A DNA stretch of 63,199 nucleotides, the filler included, from Chiloscyllium plagiosum (lineage: Eukaryota), in the NCBI RefSeq assembly GCF_004010195.1. It is 3 parts of one record of this genome, joined end to end, with 100 filler letters (N's around TTAATTAATTAA, not from the genome) between each part and the next. Parts side by side here need not be neighbours in the genome. Positions count along the whole stretch, not along the records: positions 1 to 21,539 come from NC_057712.1; positions 21,640 to 48,208 come from NC_057712.1; 1 more part is not named here. One strand, written 5' to 3'. The notes beneath the pieces are model-generated. The model did no database searches and had not been told where the DNA came from. It worked only from the letters and a program-made list of their open reading frames with translations. The translations under genes were made by a program, and so were the position numbers. This document shows positions 13,301-24,671 of the stretch, in pieces; positions within the stretch are counted from its first letter, which is position 1; every line of letters starts with the position of its first letter.

Positions 13301-14011
13301 TCTTATGAAGATGTGGGTGTACTGTACCTTTAAGAGAGTAAAAGCTAGCAGTGACAGCGCCAAGTGTTCTCAATAAGACACAGTGTAACATGTGCTCCAG
13401 CTACTGGGGTAGCGAGATGCCTGGAAATGACAAAATAGATTTGAATTAGGCCAATCAGTTTAAATTATACCCTGAAAAATACCAAACTCCAATCCAGTTT
13501 GAATTGAGCATGTTGACAATATTAAGAGCCAATGAAACAATCTGATGTTTTGCAGTATAAGACTGGGGAAAATCAAACAGTTGGAAGGAGAACTGCCTCC
13601 AGGCCAACAGCTGTAGACTGCCAGTCAGAACTCTTTGAGAGATACCTGTCTGGAGAAGGAGTTTGCACAGAGATAAACCTCATCACTGACCTGGAGAGTC
13701 AATCGACCGATGAAGATAAAGAGAAGATTCAACAGCTGGCTGGTTTTAAAATTTGATATTTCCTGTAAATCATAATTGTGAGTTTTATCGGACTAGTATT
13801 ATAGAAGGGAAAGTAACAGATAGGTTAAAGAAAGGAATTGTAAAGAGGTGTTAGTTAACTATTCTCTGTCATACTTTAAGAAATAAAGTGATTAATTTTT
13901 ACTTTAAATAGTTCTTGGCCTATCAAATTTTTACAGATTACTGCATGGGATACATCTTTTGTGTGTCGCTGGTTTTAAATTAAGCAGAAGAGTTTACTTC
14001 ATGTTATAACA
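13301..14011 (+). repeat. 5' LTR of the Gmr1-like element
   Basis: T(C)TTATGAAGATGTGGG...TTATAACA termini. Contains CCAAT, TATAA and AATAAA, and is homologous to 19016-19846. Confidence 0.9.
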
Positions 14012-14013
14012 GT

Positions 14014-14033
14014 TTGGGGCCGTCGGTTCGTGA
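14014..14033 (+). promoter_or_regulatory. Degenerate primer-binding site, probably tRNA-Pro type
   Basis: TTGGGGCCGTCGG.. immediately follows the LTR end and resembles TGGGGGCTCGTCCGGGAT. Confidence 0.55.
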
Positions 14034-14195
14034 TTTGAACTGGTTCAGACAGATTTGAATAGATTTGTGAGTACAAAAAATCCCAGCAGATTTAAACACT
14101 TGCAGGTTAGTGTCCCAGATCTTTAAATAAAACGCAGGTGAGACAATTTATTTAATTTCAGTGACCTGTGGTTAATTAAATTAAAAGTGAGAGAA

Positions 14196-17100
14196 ATGGC
14201 TCTTAAAATTGCTAAAGAGGTTCTGGGATTTGAAGATGTTTCTCAAATTTGCCAATAAAGTTTAGAAGGAAAGAAAAAAGCCATTCTTTTAGAATTAACA
14301 AATAAGTTAGATTTGGATTTAACCGAGGTCAAAAGTAAAGCTGAAATTGGAAGGGAGTTACTCAAACACTTCAGTGTGTCAGAGAAACAGACAAGTGCAG
14401 TAGAGGGAGAAAAACTTACATCACAATTGTGGAAAATAGAGTTATAAGATAAGCAGAGAGAGAGAAGAAATAGAGGGGGGAAGAGAGGGAAAGAGAGAGA
14501 GAAAGTTCTTGGCTGAGCAAAAACAGAGAGAAGAAAGGGATTTAGAAAGAGAGAAGAAAGTAAAAGAGAGACGTGTGTGTGTGTGAGGGAGAGAGGAAAA
14601 AGGAAGAGAGACAAAGTTCTTAGCTGAGCAAAAAGAGAGAATTTGAACTTGAAGTTGCAACTTAGTCAGTAAGGTCAAGTTAACAGGATGGAGATTAAAT
14701 ATATAAATATGTCAAAACTCTGCCACATTTTGATGAGAAAGATGTTGAAGCCTTCTTTATTTCATTTGAAATGTTGGCAAGGCAGATGGAGTGGTCCGAT
14801 GATTTATAGGTAATGCTAGTTCAGACTAAACTGGTAGACAGAGCTAGTGAGGTATTTGCCGCACTGTCAGATAAGGGGTCGAGAGATTATGAAGAGGTTA
14901 AACAGGCTATTTGAAGTGCTTATGAATTGGTACCAGAAGCATATAGACAGTGGTTCAGAAACACAAAGAAGGAACCAGGTCAGACTTATGTTGAGTCCAA
15001 AAGAATTAAATATAATCATTTTGATTGATCGGTGCGTGCTTTGAAAATAGATAGGACATTTGAGACTCTAAGAGAGATTTTTCTGCTGGAGGAGTTAAAA
15101 AACTCACTTCCAGAAATGGTTAGAATTCATGTGGAGGAACAGAAAGTTCAGGAAGTGAGAAGGGCAGCAGAATTAGCAGATGAGTACATGTTGGTGCATA
15201 AGACAAGCTTCCGGCCAGAATTCGTCCTGTGAGGGATAGAAGTTGGGAGAAGGGGAGATCCTACACTACGAAACAAAGAGTAGAGAGCACTGGTAAGATT
15301 TTACCACAGGATAAAAAAAGAAGCCCAAGAGGGTGGACAGGTGGTGAAAGGCCTCAGGTGTTTTCACTGTAATGGAGTGGGACACAGACAATTACAGTGC
15401 TGGTAGTTTCAGAAGGGCATTGGGAAAAGGTGTTTTCATTGCCAGAAAGTGGGTCATGTAACGACACAGTACTGGTTGTTAAAGAAAGGCACTGTGGGAA
15501 AAGATGTGGTAAAAGAAGCTAAGCCAGTGGCATTAGTGAAGGTAGTAAAGGAGACCTCAAGAGGAGCTGCAGGAGAGTGCACAGCCTGGGCAGGGGCTGG
15601 GTGTGGAGTTAGTACCTGATCTCTACAAAGAATTCATCTCTGTGGAGAAAGTTTACTCAGAAAGAACAGGGGGAGAAGGACAAGAAGTTATAATTTTGAG
15701 CGATACAGAATCTAACCAGTTGCTGAGAGTAAGGGATGAGTGAATCTGCATTCTTCCTGATCTGTTACACGAGAGAGTGGTAATATGTGGGATAGAAAGG
15801 CAGAAATTTAGCGTTCCTCTATGTAAGATCAGGTCGGAGTGCCAACTTAAGACTGGGGAAGTTACGGTGGGAATGATTGACAGAGAGTCAGTTCCAAAAA
15901 TTCAGTTTGTTGTTGGGAGTGTTGGCAAGGTCCAAGGTGAGAGTGACACCCCTTTTTGTGGAGAGGCCCAAGGAAGACAAGAAACTGAGGAGTCAAAACA
16001 GAAATATCCTGGTATTTTTCTTAAACTGTGTGGTAACCAGATCCCACTATCATAAGTCATAGCCCGAAGTGAAAAGTAAAGAGAAAGATGAAGGAGTTGA
16101 GGTTCAGTTAGTGGACACCCTGTTTGACGTAATGGTGCAGGAAAAACCTGAACAGGCAGAGGGTCGGATTGAAGAGATTAAACCTGAAAGGCTTAAGGAC
16201 TTGCAACAGCAAGACAAGATGATAAATAGACATATATGTGAATGCATACTCCGAAAAAGAGGCAGAGAATTTTCTGGGGGTTATTATCTGGAAGATAGAA
16301 TCCTAAGATGGAAATGGAGACCACGGCAGGTTAGTGCAGAGGAGAAATGGGCCAAAGTGCACCAGGTTGTGTTACCAGTAGCATATGAACTATCTGTAGG
16401 AGGTCACCTAAGAGTATGAAAGACTCAGGCTAAGATACAAAAACATTGTTATTGGCCTAGAATGCACCAGGATGTGGTTAACCTTTGCCGTACGTGTCAT
16501 ACATGCCAAATGGTAGGTAAGCCACAGACAGTAATAAAACCAGCCCCTTTGTTCCAATTTCCGCATTTGAAGAACCTTTCACGCGGGTTATAATTGATTG
16601 TGTCAGTCCCCTCCCGAGAACTAAAAGTGGAAATCAACACTTGTTAACCATAATGGATGTGTCCACCAGATTTCCAGAGGCAATTTGTTATGGAGTAGCA
16701 AAGCAAAAAGGGTAGTAGAGGAGTTAGTAGCTATCGTCACATGGTATGACTACCCAGTGAGATTCAGTTGGACCAAGGGTCAAATTTTACTGCTGGGCAG
16801 TTTAAGAAGGTTATGGATAGCTTAGGTATACAGCATGTTAAATCCAATGCGTATGATCCTGAATCCCAGGGAGCTTTAGAAAGGTGGCATCAGACCTTGA
16901 AGACCATGTTGAAAGCGTACTGTCAAGGTTATCCGAATGGCTGGGATAAAGGTAACCCATTTGTATTGTTTGCCATTAGAGATGCCCTAAACAAATCTAC
17001 TCCGTTCATTCCCTTTGAGTTAATATTGGGTCATGAAGTGAGACGCCCTTTGAAATTAATTAAAGAAAAATTAACAGGACCGAAGTCAGAGATCTTACAA

Positions 17101-18837
17101 TTAGATTGTGTCGGAGGCGAGGAAGAGATTAAATCAAGCAGGTGAGTTAGCTAAACAGCACCTAAAAAGGGCATAGTATAGAATGAAGCAGGTGGCAGAT
17201 AAAAGCTCTGAGACTCTGACATTTTCCTGAGGGGACAACATGTTAGTACTGTTACCAGTGATAGAAGATCCCTTCAAAACCAGGCTTAGTGGTCCCTATC
17301 AAGTAAACTATTTAGTAAAGCTGCCAGATAGAAATGTATTGGATATCTCATGTGAACATGTTGAAACCGTATTGTATGAGAGAGAAAGAACAGGAGGAAC
17401 AGGTGTTAGTTACTGCCCTGCAGAGTGAGGAATCAAATCCAGATGATGTGGATTTTGCTGTGCCTCAAAATAGATTAAAAAATGAAGTAGTCATTGAGGA
17501 GTGGGATAGGTTAGTAAGCTATCTGTCTCAGGAGCACAGAATGGAGTTGAAAGATTTGTCACTGTAGTACATGTGTCAGAATCAGATGGGGTGGACTAAT
17601 GCTATTGTACATGAAGTAGATGTAGGGAATACTGCTCCAATAAAACAACACTCCTATTGGCTTAATCCTTTCAAAGCCAGACAGGTCCACATGAAGATGG
17701 AGGTCATGCTCGACAAGACATTATTGAACCAAACCAGCGCGAGTGGAGTTCACCAATTGTCTTAGTTCCCAAACCAGACTGGATTCAACAATACCGTTAC
17801 AAAATCGGACTCATATCCAATTCCTAGACTGGAGGACTGGATCGAAAAAGTTGGACAAGCCAGTTACATCACCAAGTTGGACTTAATGCGTGGTTACTGG
17901 CAGGTACCTTTATCAGAGATGGTGAAAAAAATTTCTGCATTTGTAACCTCAACAGGGCTATATCAGTTTAACATGATGCCCTTGGATTGAAGAACACAGC
18001 CGCCACATTCCAAAGACTCATGAACAGAGTTGTGGCTGGGATAACAAACTGTGCAGTCTGTTTGGACAATGTAGTGATCTTTAATAAGTACTGGAAAGAT
18101 CACATAGTACAGTTGGCAGAGCTCTTTAGCAACTACAAGAAACAAAACTGGTGACAAACTTAAATAAAATGAAATTCATGAAAGCAGAGGTGACATTCTT
18201 GGGACATAACATCGGTCATGGAAGGTTGATCCCATGGAACACAATTTCCACGACTAACCTCAAAGAAAGAGGTGCTTCAATTCTTAGGACTCAGCGGATT
18301 CTGTCAGAAGTTTATTCTAAACTTCAGCAGTGTAGTGGCACTGTTAATTGATTTGCTGAAGAAAAACATGTTTCAGTGGACAGAACCATGCCAGGAAGAA
18401 TTCGACCATTTGAAATCCATATTAATCACCAAAACAGTTTTAGCTACACTGAACTTTTCAAACTTTTAATGTCACCATAGATGCTAATGACGTAGGAGTT
18501 GGAGCTGTACTCCTACAGGAAGATGAGGATGGGATTGAACTGCCAGGTGGTCACTTTTTGAAGAAGATCAACATCCCCCAGAGGAAACACTCCACAATCG
18601 AAGAGGAAACTATTGAGTTTGGTCCTGGCCTTACAGCATTTTAATGTGTACGTCACCAACAATGTGTCAGAGATGGTTGTGGACACAGATCACAATCCGC
18701 TCACATTATTAGAATGCTTTAAAGACAGGAATATTAGACTATTTCATTGGAGTCTTATGTTACAGACTTCTCATTAAAAAATCGCACATGTTACAGGTCG
18801 GAAGAATGTAATCGCAGATGCGTTATCGTGGATTTAA
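14196..18837 (+). pseudogene. Disrupted gag-pol polyprotein of the LTR element
   Basis: Capsid/SCAN-like segment (LPHFDEKDVEAFF...AYELVPEAYRQWFRN) at ~14720-15200. Knuckles CFHCNGVGHRQLQC (15359-15400) and CFHCQKVGHVTTQY (15431-15472). PR ILSDTES at ~15700. INT (GGHL..YWPRM..CHTCQ; DQGSNF; ESQGALERWHQTLK) at 16380-17100. RT (WSSPIVLVPKPD, KLDLMRGYWQVPL, VCLDNVVIF) at 17570-18250. RNase H (DANDVGVGAVLLQ, TDHNPL, NVIADALS) to the stop at 18837. Confidence 0.93.
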
Positions 18838-19004
18838 CTGATAGCGTTTAGATGAGATTTGTCTTTATTTAATGTTTTTTATATATAGATATGGGGGAAG
18901 AAGTTAAGATGACTTTACATTGAGGTTATCTGTATGCTAAGGTAATGTGTTTTAAAGAAAGATGAAAAAAGCCATCTTTTCATAATGATGGTTCATTTTT
19001 TCTT

Positions 19005-19015
19005 AAGGGGGGAGG
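19005..19015 (+). promoter_or_regulatory. Polypurine tract
   Basis: AAGGGGGGAGG lies directly before the TGTTATG start of the 3' LTR. Confidence 0.85.
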
Positions 19016-19846
19016 TGTTATGAAGATGTGGGTATAATGTAGGTGTTATGAAGATGTGGGTATAATGTACCTTTAAGAGAGTAAAAGATAGCAGTGACTG
19101 TACCACGTGTTCTCAATAAGACACAATGTAACATGTGCTCCAGCTACTGGGGTAGCTAGTTGCCTGGAAATGACACAACAGATTCAAATTAGGCCAATCA
19201 GTTTAAATTATACTCTGAAAAATACCAAATTCCAATCAAGTTTGAATTGAGCATGTTGACAATATTAAAAGCCACTGACACAATCTGATGCTTTGGGGTA
19301 TAATACTGGAGAAAATTGAACAGTTGGGAGGAGAACTACCACCAGACTGACATCTGTAGACCGACAGTCAGAACTTTCTGAGAGGTGCCTGTCTAGAGAA
19401 GGAGTTTGCACAGAGAAAAACCTCAGCACTGACCTGGAGAACCAATCTACCGACAAAGATAAAGAGAAGATTTGATCACCTGGCTGGTTTTAAAATTTGA
19501 ACTTTCCTGTAAATCGTAATCGGGACTTTTATCAGACTAGTATTATAGAAAGGAAGATAACAGATAGGTTAGAGTAAGGAATTGTAAAGAGTTGTTAATT
19601 AATTATTCTCTGTTATACTTTAAGAAATAAAGTTGTTAATGTTTACTTTAAATAGTTCTTTCGGGCATAAGCCCTTCTTCAGGAATCTTATGCCCGAAAC
19701 GCCAATTCTCCTGCTTCTTGGATGCTGCCTGACCTGCTGCGCTTTTCCAACACCACATTTTTTCAGCTCTGATCTCCAGCATCTGCAGTCCTCACTTTCT
19801 CCTAGTTTAAATAGTTCTTGGCCACTCAAATTTTAAATTACTGTAC
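19016..19846 (+). repeat. 3' LTR, 3'-truncated, with a 28-bp tandem duplication at its start and a Penelope-derived insert
   Basis: Homologous to the 5' LTR. Duplicated 19013-19040/19041-19068. Homology is lost at ~19846. Confidence 0.9.
19661..19805 (+). mobile_element. Penelope-derived mini-element (family A) nested in the 3' LTR
   Basis: 14-bp TSD TTTAAATAGTTCTT at 19647-19660 and 19806-19819. Short 5' inversion across the hammerhead-like motif. Confidence 0.85.
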
Positions 19847-20527
19847 TGTCGTGTGTGTGTGTCCGTGTGTGTGTGTCCGTGTGTGTGTGTCCGTGTCCAA
19901 CATCAGTAAAGCAGATTATTTATCTCATTACTGTTTGTAGAATTTTACTCTGTGGGAATTGAAGAGATGAATGTGTTTATGCGCCTCCTAATTGCACATT
20001 TATTTTGCCAATTCATCATGAGGAAGTATATCCTTTTCAGGTATTTTTTTAAAATAAATCTGACATTTTGTCAGGTTCATAAAATGTATTTTGCAGTAAA
20101 TATGAATTAAACAATCAGTAGAGATTAGAACCTAACTAAAGTCAACAACAGGCATCTGAAAGAAATTCAAGAATAACACTATAAGAAAAATGACCTTTTG
20201 GTTTAAAATTGACCTCAGCATGGAGTCAAATGGTGAGATGGAAAGCTGCAAAAGGAAAGATCTCATGTTAATTATCTATTAAAAATTAATACAGACAAAT
20301 TATTTCTTGCAAAGGAGAGAAAACACTCTTAAGTACTCGTGGGTGAGACAAGTGGAGTAAATGTGTATCAGTAATTCTGCGTGCTTGGTCTTTATTAATT
20401 TGAAAGTTATCAAAACTGTGTAATGGACAGGAGGAGAGTGAGGCTCTTCTCACTCGGGTTCTTCACTTAGTGAAGTAGAATGAAGATGCCTTTACAAATT
20501 GACGAGATGATAGATGTTATCCTTAAT

Positions 20528-20616
20528 CCACCTGATGAAGAAGCGGCGCTCAGAAAGCTAGTGCTTCCAAATCAACCTGTTGGACTATAACCTGGTGTTG
20601 TGTGATTTTAACTTTC
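20528..20616 (+). mobile_element. ~90-bp family B Penelope terminal mini-element
   Basis: CCACCTGATGAAG...GAAAGCTAGTGCTTCC...GGACTATAACCTGGTGTTGTGTGATTTT, flanked by short TCCTTAAT direct repeats. Confidence 0.75.
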
Positions 20617-20923
20617 TCCTTAATTCCTAATTCTTAGTTGAGTTTTAATTTTTTTTGTGGAGACATTCAGGATTCCTGTTGGTCCAGTATATGTTATGGA
20701 GGGTCTCTATAGAATTTGAAACCACATCCCTGATAATGTCACCATAGATGCTAATGACGTTAAAGAAGCTAACATGTTTCTGGGCAATATTCAACAAATT
20801 TAAATGGGCCATTCAACCAAAAACATTTACCTGAAATCAAGGGAGATGCATTATAATCAGCGAGCTTCAGAAACTACTGCCAGCATGGAACATTTATTTA
20901 CTCAGGGACAGTGGATCAAGTAT

Positions 20924-21539
20924 TAGACGATAGACGATAGACGATGGGCGATGGGCGATGGGCGATGGGCGATAGACATTAGGCGATGGACGATGGGCGA
21001 TAGACATTAGACGATAGGCGATGGACGATATGCGATGGACGATAGACGATAGACGATGGGCGATGGGCGATGGGCGATAGACATTAGACGATATGCGATG
21101 GACGATAGACGATAGACGATGGGCGATGGGCGATGGGCGATGGGCGATAGACATTAGGCGATGGACGATGGGCGATAGACATTAGACGATAGGCGATGGA
21201 CGATATGCGATGGACGATAGACGATAGACGATGGGCGATGGGCGATGGGCGATGGGCGATAGACATTAGGCGATGGACGATAGGCGATGGACGATAGACG
21301 ATAGACGATAGACGATAGACGATAGACGATAGACGATAGACGATAGACGATAGACGATAGACGATAGACGATAGACGATAGACGATAGACGATAGACGAT
21401 AGACGATAGACGATAGACGATAGACGATAGACGATAGACGATAGACGATAGACGATAGACGATAGACGATAGACGATAGACGATAGACGATAGACGATAG
21501 ACGATAGACGATAGACGATAGACGATAGACGATAGACGA
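20924..21539. repeat. 7-bp satellite (TAGACGA)n with variant units, running into an assembly gap
   Basis: Variant units TGGGCGA, TGGACGA, TAGGCGA and TAGACAT proximally. Pure TAGACGA array from ~21295. Confidence 0.97.
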
Positions 21540-21639
21540 NNNNNNNNNNNNNNNNNNNNNNNNNNNNNNNNNNNNNNNNNNNNTTAATTAATTAANNNNN
21601 NNNNNNNNNNNNNNNNNNNNNNNNNNNNNNNNNNNNNNN
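21540..21639. other. Artificial 100-bp scaffold spacer (44 N + TTAATTAATTAA + 44 N)
   Basis: Six-frame-stop linker centred in Ns, with an identical structure at 48209-48308. Confidence 0.95.
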
Positions 21640-21912
21640 CCTCGAACTCAGCACCATCTTCCTAACCTGCAATCTTCTTCCTGACCTCTCCACCCCCACC
21701 CCAACTCCAGCCTATCACCCTCACCTTAACCTCCTTCCACCTATCGCATTTCCAACGCCCCTCCCCCAAGTTCCTCCTCCCTACCTTTTATCTTAGCCTG
21801 TTGGACACACTTTCCTCATTCCTGAAGAAGGGCTCATGCCCAAAACATCGATTCTCCTGCTCTTTGGATGCTGCCTGACCTGCTGCGCTTTTCCAGCAAC
21901 ACATTTTCAGCT
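21640..21912 (+). mobile_element. Penelope 3' UTR/terminal repeat (family A)
   Basis: C-rich UTR, then ATTCCTGAAGAAGGGCTCATGCCC..., then GCTGCCTGACCTGCTGCGCTTTTCCAGC. Confidence 0.85.
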
Positions 21913-21929
21913 CATTAAAGACACATGCA

Positions 21930-22265
21930 GGGTGGTGGAGTGGATCAGTGGTAACACTGCCAGCAATTCTCTCATAGCGCCAGGGACCTGGGTTCAGTTC
22001 TAGCCTCAGTTGAATGTCTGTGTGGAGTTGACACGTTCTACCAGGATGTGTGTGAGTTTCCTCTGGATCTTCTGGCTTCCCCCTCACAGTCCAAAGATGT
22101 GTTGTTTAGGTGGATTGGCCACACTTAAATTGCTCATAGCATGCAGGACAAGGTGGGTTAGCCCTGGGAAATGCAGGGGGTTGGGTTCGATCTGGGAGAG
22201 ATGCTCTTTGGAAGTTCAGCGTGGGTTGAATGGCCTGCTTCCACACTGTAGGGATTCTATTCCAT
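21930..22265 (+). mobile_element. Diverged HE1-type SINE
   Basis: CAGTGGTAACACTGC...GGGTTCAGTTC...TGTGTGGAGTTG...tail. Confidence 0.8.
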
Positions 22266-22596
22266 GAAACAATACAGGGAGGAGTTTATTGGATTTAATG
22301 CAAGAAGGAAATGATAATAGGATTTTTGAAAAACAATTCTGTTAAATCTGATAGTTTCTCCTGCAGAGTATTAAAAGCAAGTAGGTGAGGAAATTGCAGA
22401 AATTATAACTAGAATTCTCTAAAGTTATTTAGGTTCAGTAATTGTGTCTTTGGATTTGAAAATTGCAAATGTCACCCCATTATTTCAGAAGCGATGGGGG
22501 CAGAACTGTCAGTTTAACAGCAGTGTGAGGATGATAATAGAATCAATCATAAGGTGCAGAGAGGAGTGCTAGGCAAGTATTAGCTGAGTCAGCATT

Positions 22597-22682
22597 GTTA
22601 AAAATCACACAACACAAGGTTATAGTCCAACAGGTTTATTTGGAAGCACTAGTTTTCAGAGCGCTGCTCCTTCATCAGGTGG
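22597..22682 (-). mobile_element. Family B Penelope terminal mini-element
   Basis: Reverse complement of the 20528 element. Confidence 0.78.
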
Positions 22683-24459
22683 CATGCATTTGAATAGCAG
22701 GTTGCATCGAATTTACAGAACAGACATTGGCGATTAGCCACAAAGGTTCTATGCCAGTGATTGTGCCAGAAGTGAACCTGTGTTCACCTCATTTCTCCTA
22801 TTGTATGGTTTTGCTACACCTCCACGTATGAATATTGATTCCCTTTGATTGCATCATTGTTATTCACCCCAGCAATTTATGTGCTGGTCATTTGCACATT
22901 TTCATCTCTGCGTGAAGTCACTTCTCCTGAATTCTTTACTGAATTTATCCACAAATATCTTACACTTATACCTCATTGTCTTGGATTTGCCCATAAGTGG
23001 AAAATCTTCTGTCTGTATAAACCTCCATGATTTTAAACACCTCTCTCAGGGTACTTGTTTTCTAAATCTGGTCAATCTTCTTGAGGAGGTTGCAAACTGC
23101 TGCTGCTTTTATACATTTTTCATATGGCTCCACAGAAAGAATGATTCAAAAATTAACAAAGAAAAGGGTTCAGAGGGATATGGGTCAAGTACTGTCAGGT
23201 GAGACTAGATTAATTTAGGATATCTGGTTGACATGGACAAGTTAGACCCTGTGCTCTGTTTCCATGCTGTACATCTCTATGACTTATAATTGATCTTACA
23301 GCCTTGTCATTAAAAAGACAAATTGCTGATTACTGTCAGGTTGCCTGGGAGTTGTAAGCTGATATACTGGTGCTCGACTATCTCAAGAGTCATGTACTTC
23401 CTAAAGGGTATATTCAGTTACATTGCAAAGAGAGGAAACAATGGATGGAATTTAGTGCCCCCCACTGGAGTATATTTGGTAGCAGAGGGGTATTTAGTCA
23501 GACAGGAGAGTGGCTGGTGAGGAAACTGCTGTCTTCCACCTCTGCTTCAATTAAGTCAACTACTGAAATCCAGTAGACTTTCATAAATAGATGATTAATG
23601 CCCATTGAACGCCCCAGTCCACACACCCGCCCAGCTGCGGCTGGTGGTTTTATCATGCCAAATAGTCTGGAATTCAATCTCATCAGGAACATGGTGACCA
23701 CTTAACTCATCTCTTTTCTCTTGGTGTTGTCACCTTTCCTCTTGTTTGTGATCTGTGCCTGTAACCCCTCCATCCCACCTATGGCCTGTGCCCCTTGGTG
23801 ACTGAGGGCCTTGGGTGGGTACATTCTGACAGCAGCCAATGCCACCCCAACAGCACTCCCACTCAATGAAAATCGCTGACTGGTTGGCAGCTCACAGCAG
23901 GCAGGATTTCCGCTCTCCCGGTTCCTGGTCCTGTTCCAGGTCTGCTAACACCCCACTGACTGTTACTGAACTTGACCAACCTTCCTAAAAAGAGACAATG
24001 TAAGGCCCTCTCCAGCTCTCCGCCAATGGCAAAACCTCTCTTCCAGACACGATGTTCATCCCAATGAATGTGAAGCTTTCCTAATACCCTTGCACTACTG
24101 AGGTTTGTTTGATGTCATAACTAATCCTGTTAGAAATGAAACGTTCTGCGTATCCAATCCTGTTGCATATAAAAAATTGCATTGTTTCTCAATTATGTTG
24201 GTGTTTGTTGTTATGGGCCGATTTTCAGATTTCTTACCCATTACTTTTCTGTTAAAAAATCAGTGGGTGAGAATTGACTTAGCCAAACACAATAAAACTT
24301 TGGATACTGTGCACTTTATTAAGAGTAAAAGCACTGTTTAACTCTTGAATATGATAGACACTGCCATTATAAACAGTCAGGATGGATGACAAACAATAAC
24401 TCACCAGGCAAAGTAGCTGAAATACCAGTATGAGTATACTGTATGGTCCCTCAACCCTG

Positions 24460-24671
24460 GTAAAACAATGACTGCAGATAATGGAAACCAGATGCTGGAG
24501 TAGAGTGGTGCTGGAAAAGCACAGCAGTTCAGGCAGCATCTGAGGAGCAGGAAAATCGACGTTTCGGGCAAAAGCCCTTTATCAGCCCTTCCTGATGAAG
24601 GGCTTTTGCTTGAAATGTCGATTTTCCTGCTCCTCGGATGCTGCCTGAACTGCTGTGCTTTTTCAGCACCA
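24460..24671. mobile_element. Fold-back Penelope-derived mini-element (family A)
   Basis: ~80-bp inverted arms at 24506-24585 and 24592-24671. 15-bp TSD GGTCCCTCAACCCTG at 24445-24459 and 24672-24686. Confidence 0.9.

Larger units (their letters stand above)
13301..19846 (+). mobile_element. Decayed Ty3/Gypsy LTR retrotransposon, Gmr1-like (gag-PR-INT-RT-RNaseH)
   Basis: Two ~700-bp direct LTRs, a PBS and a PPT. Recognisable gag, zinc-knuckle, protease, integrase, RT and RNase H motifs with many stops and frameshifts. Confidence 0.95.

Noticed and set aside
20894..21266. ORFs of repeated SIAHRP/SIVYRL
   Set aside because: Translations of the 7-bp satellite.
21584..21595. Palindromic TTAATTAATTAA islands inside N runs (also 48253-48264)
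   Set aside because: Both sit in an identical 44N-12-44N layout, which is an assembly linker with stops in six frames and not biology.
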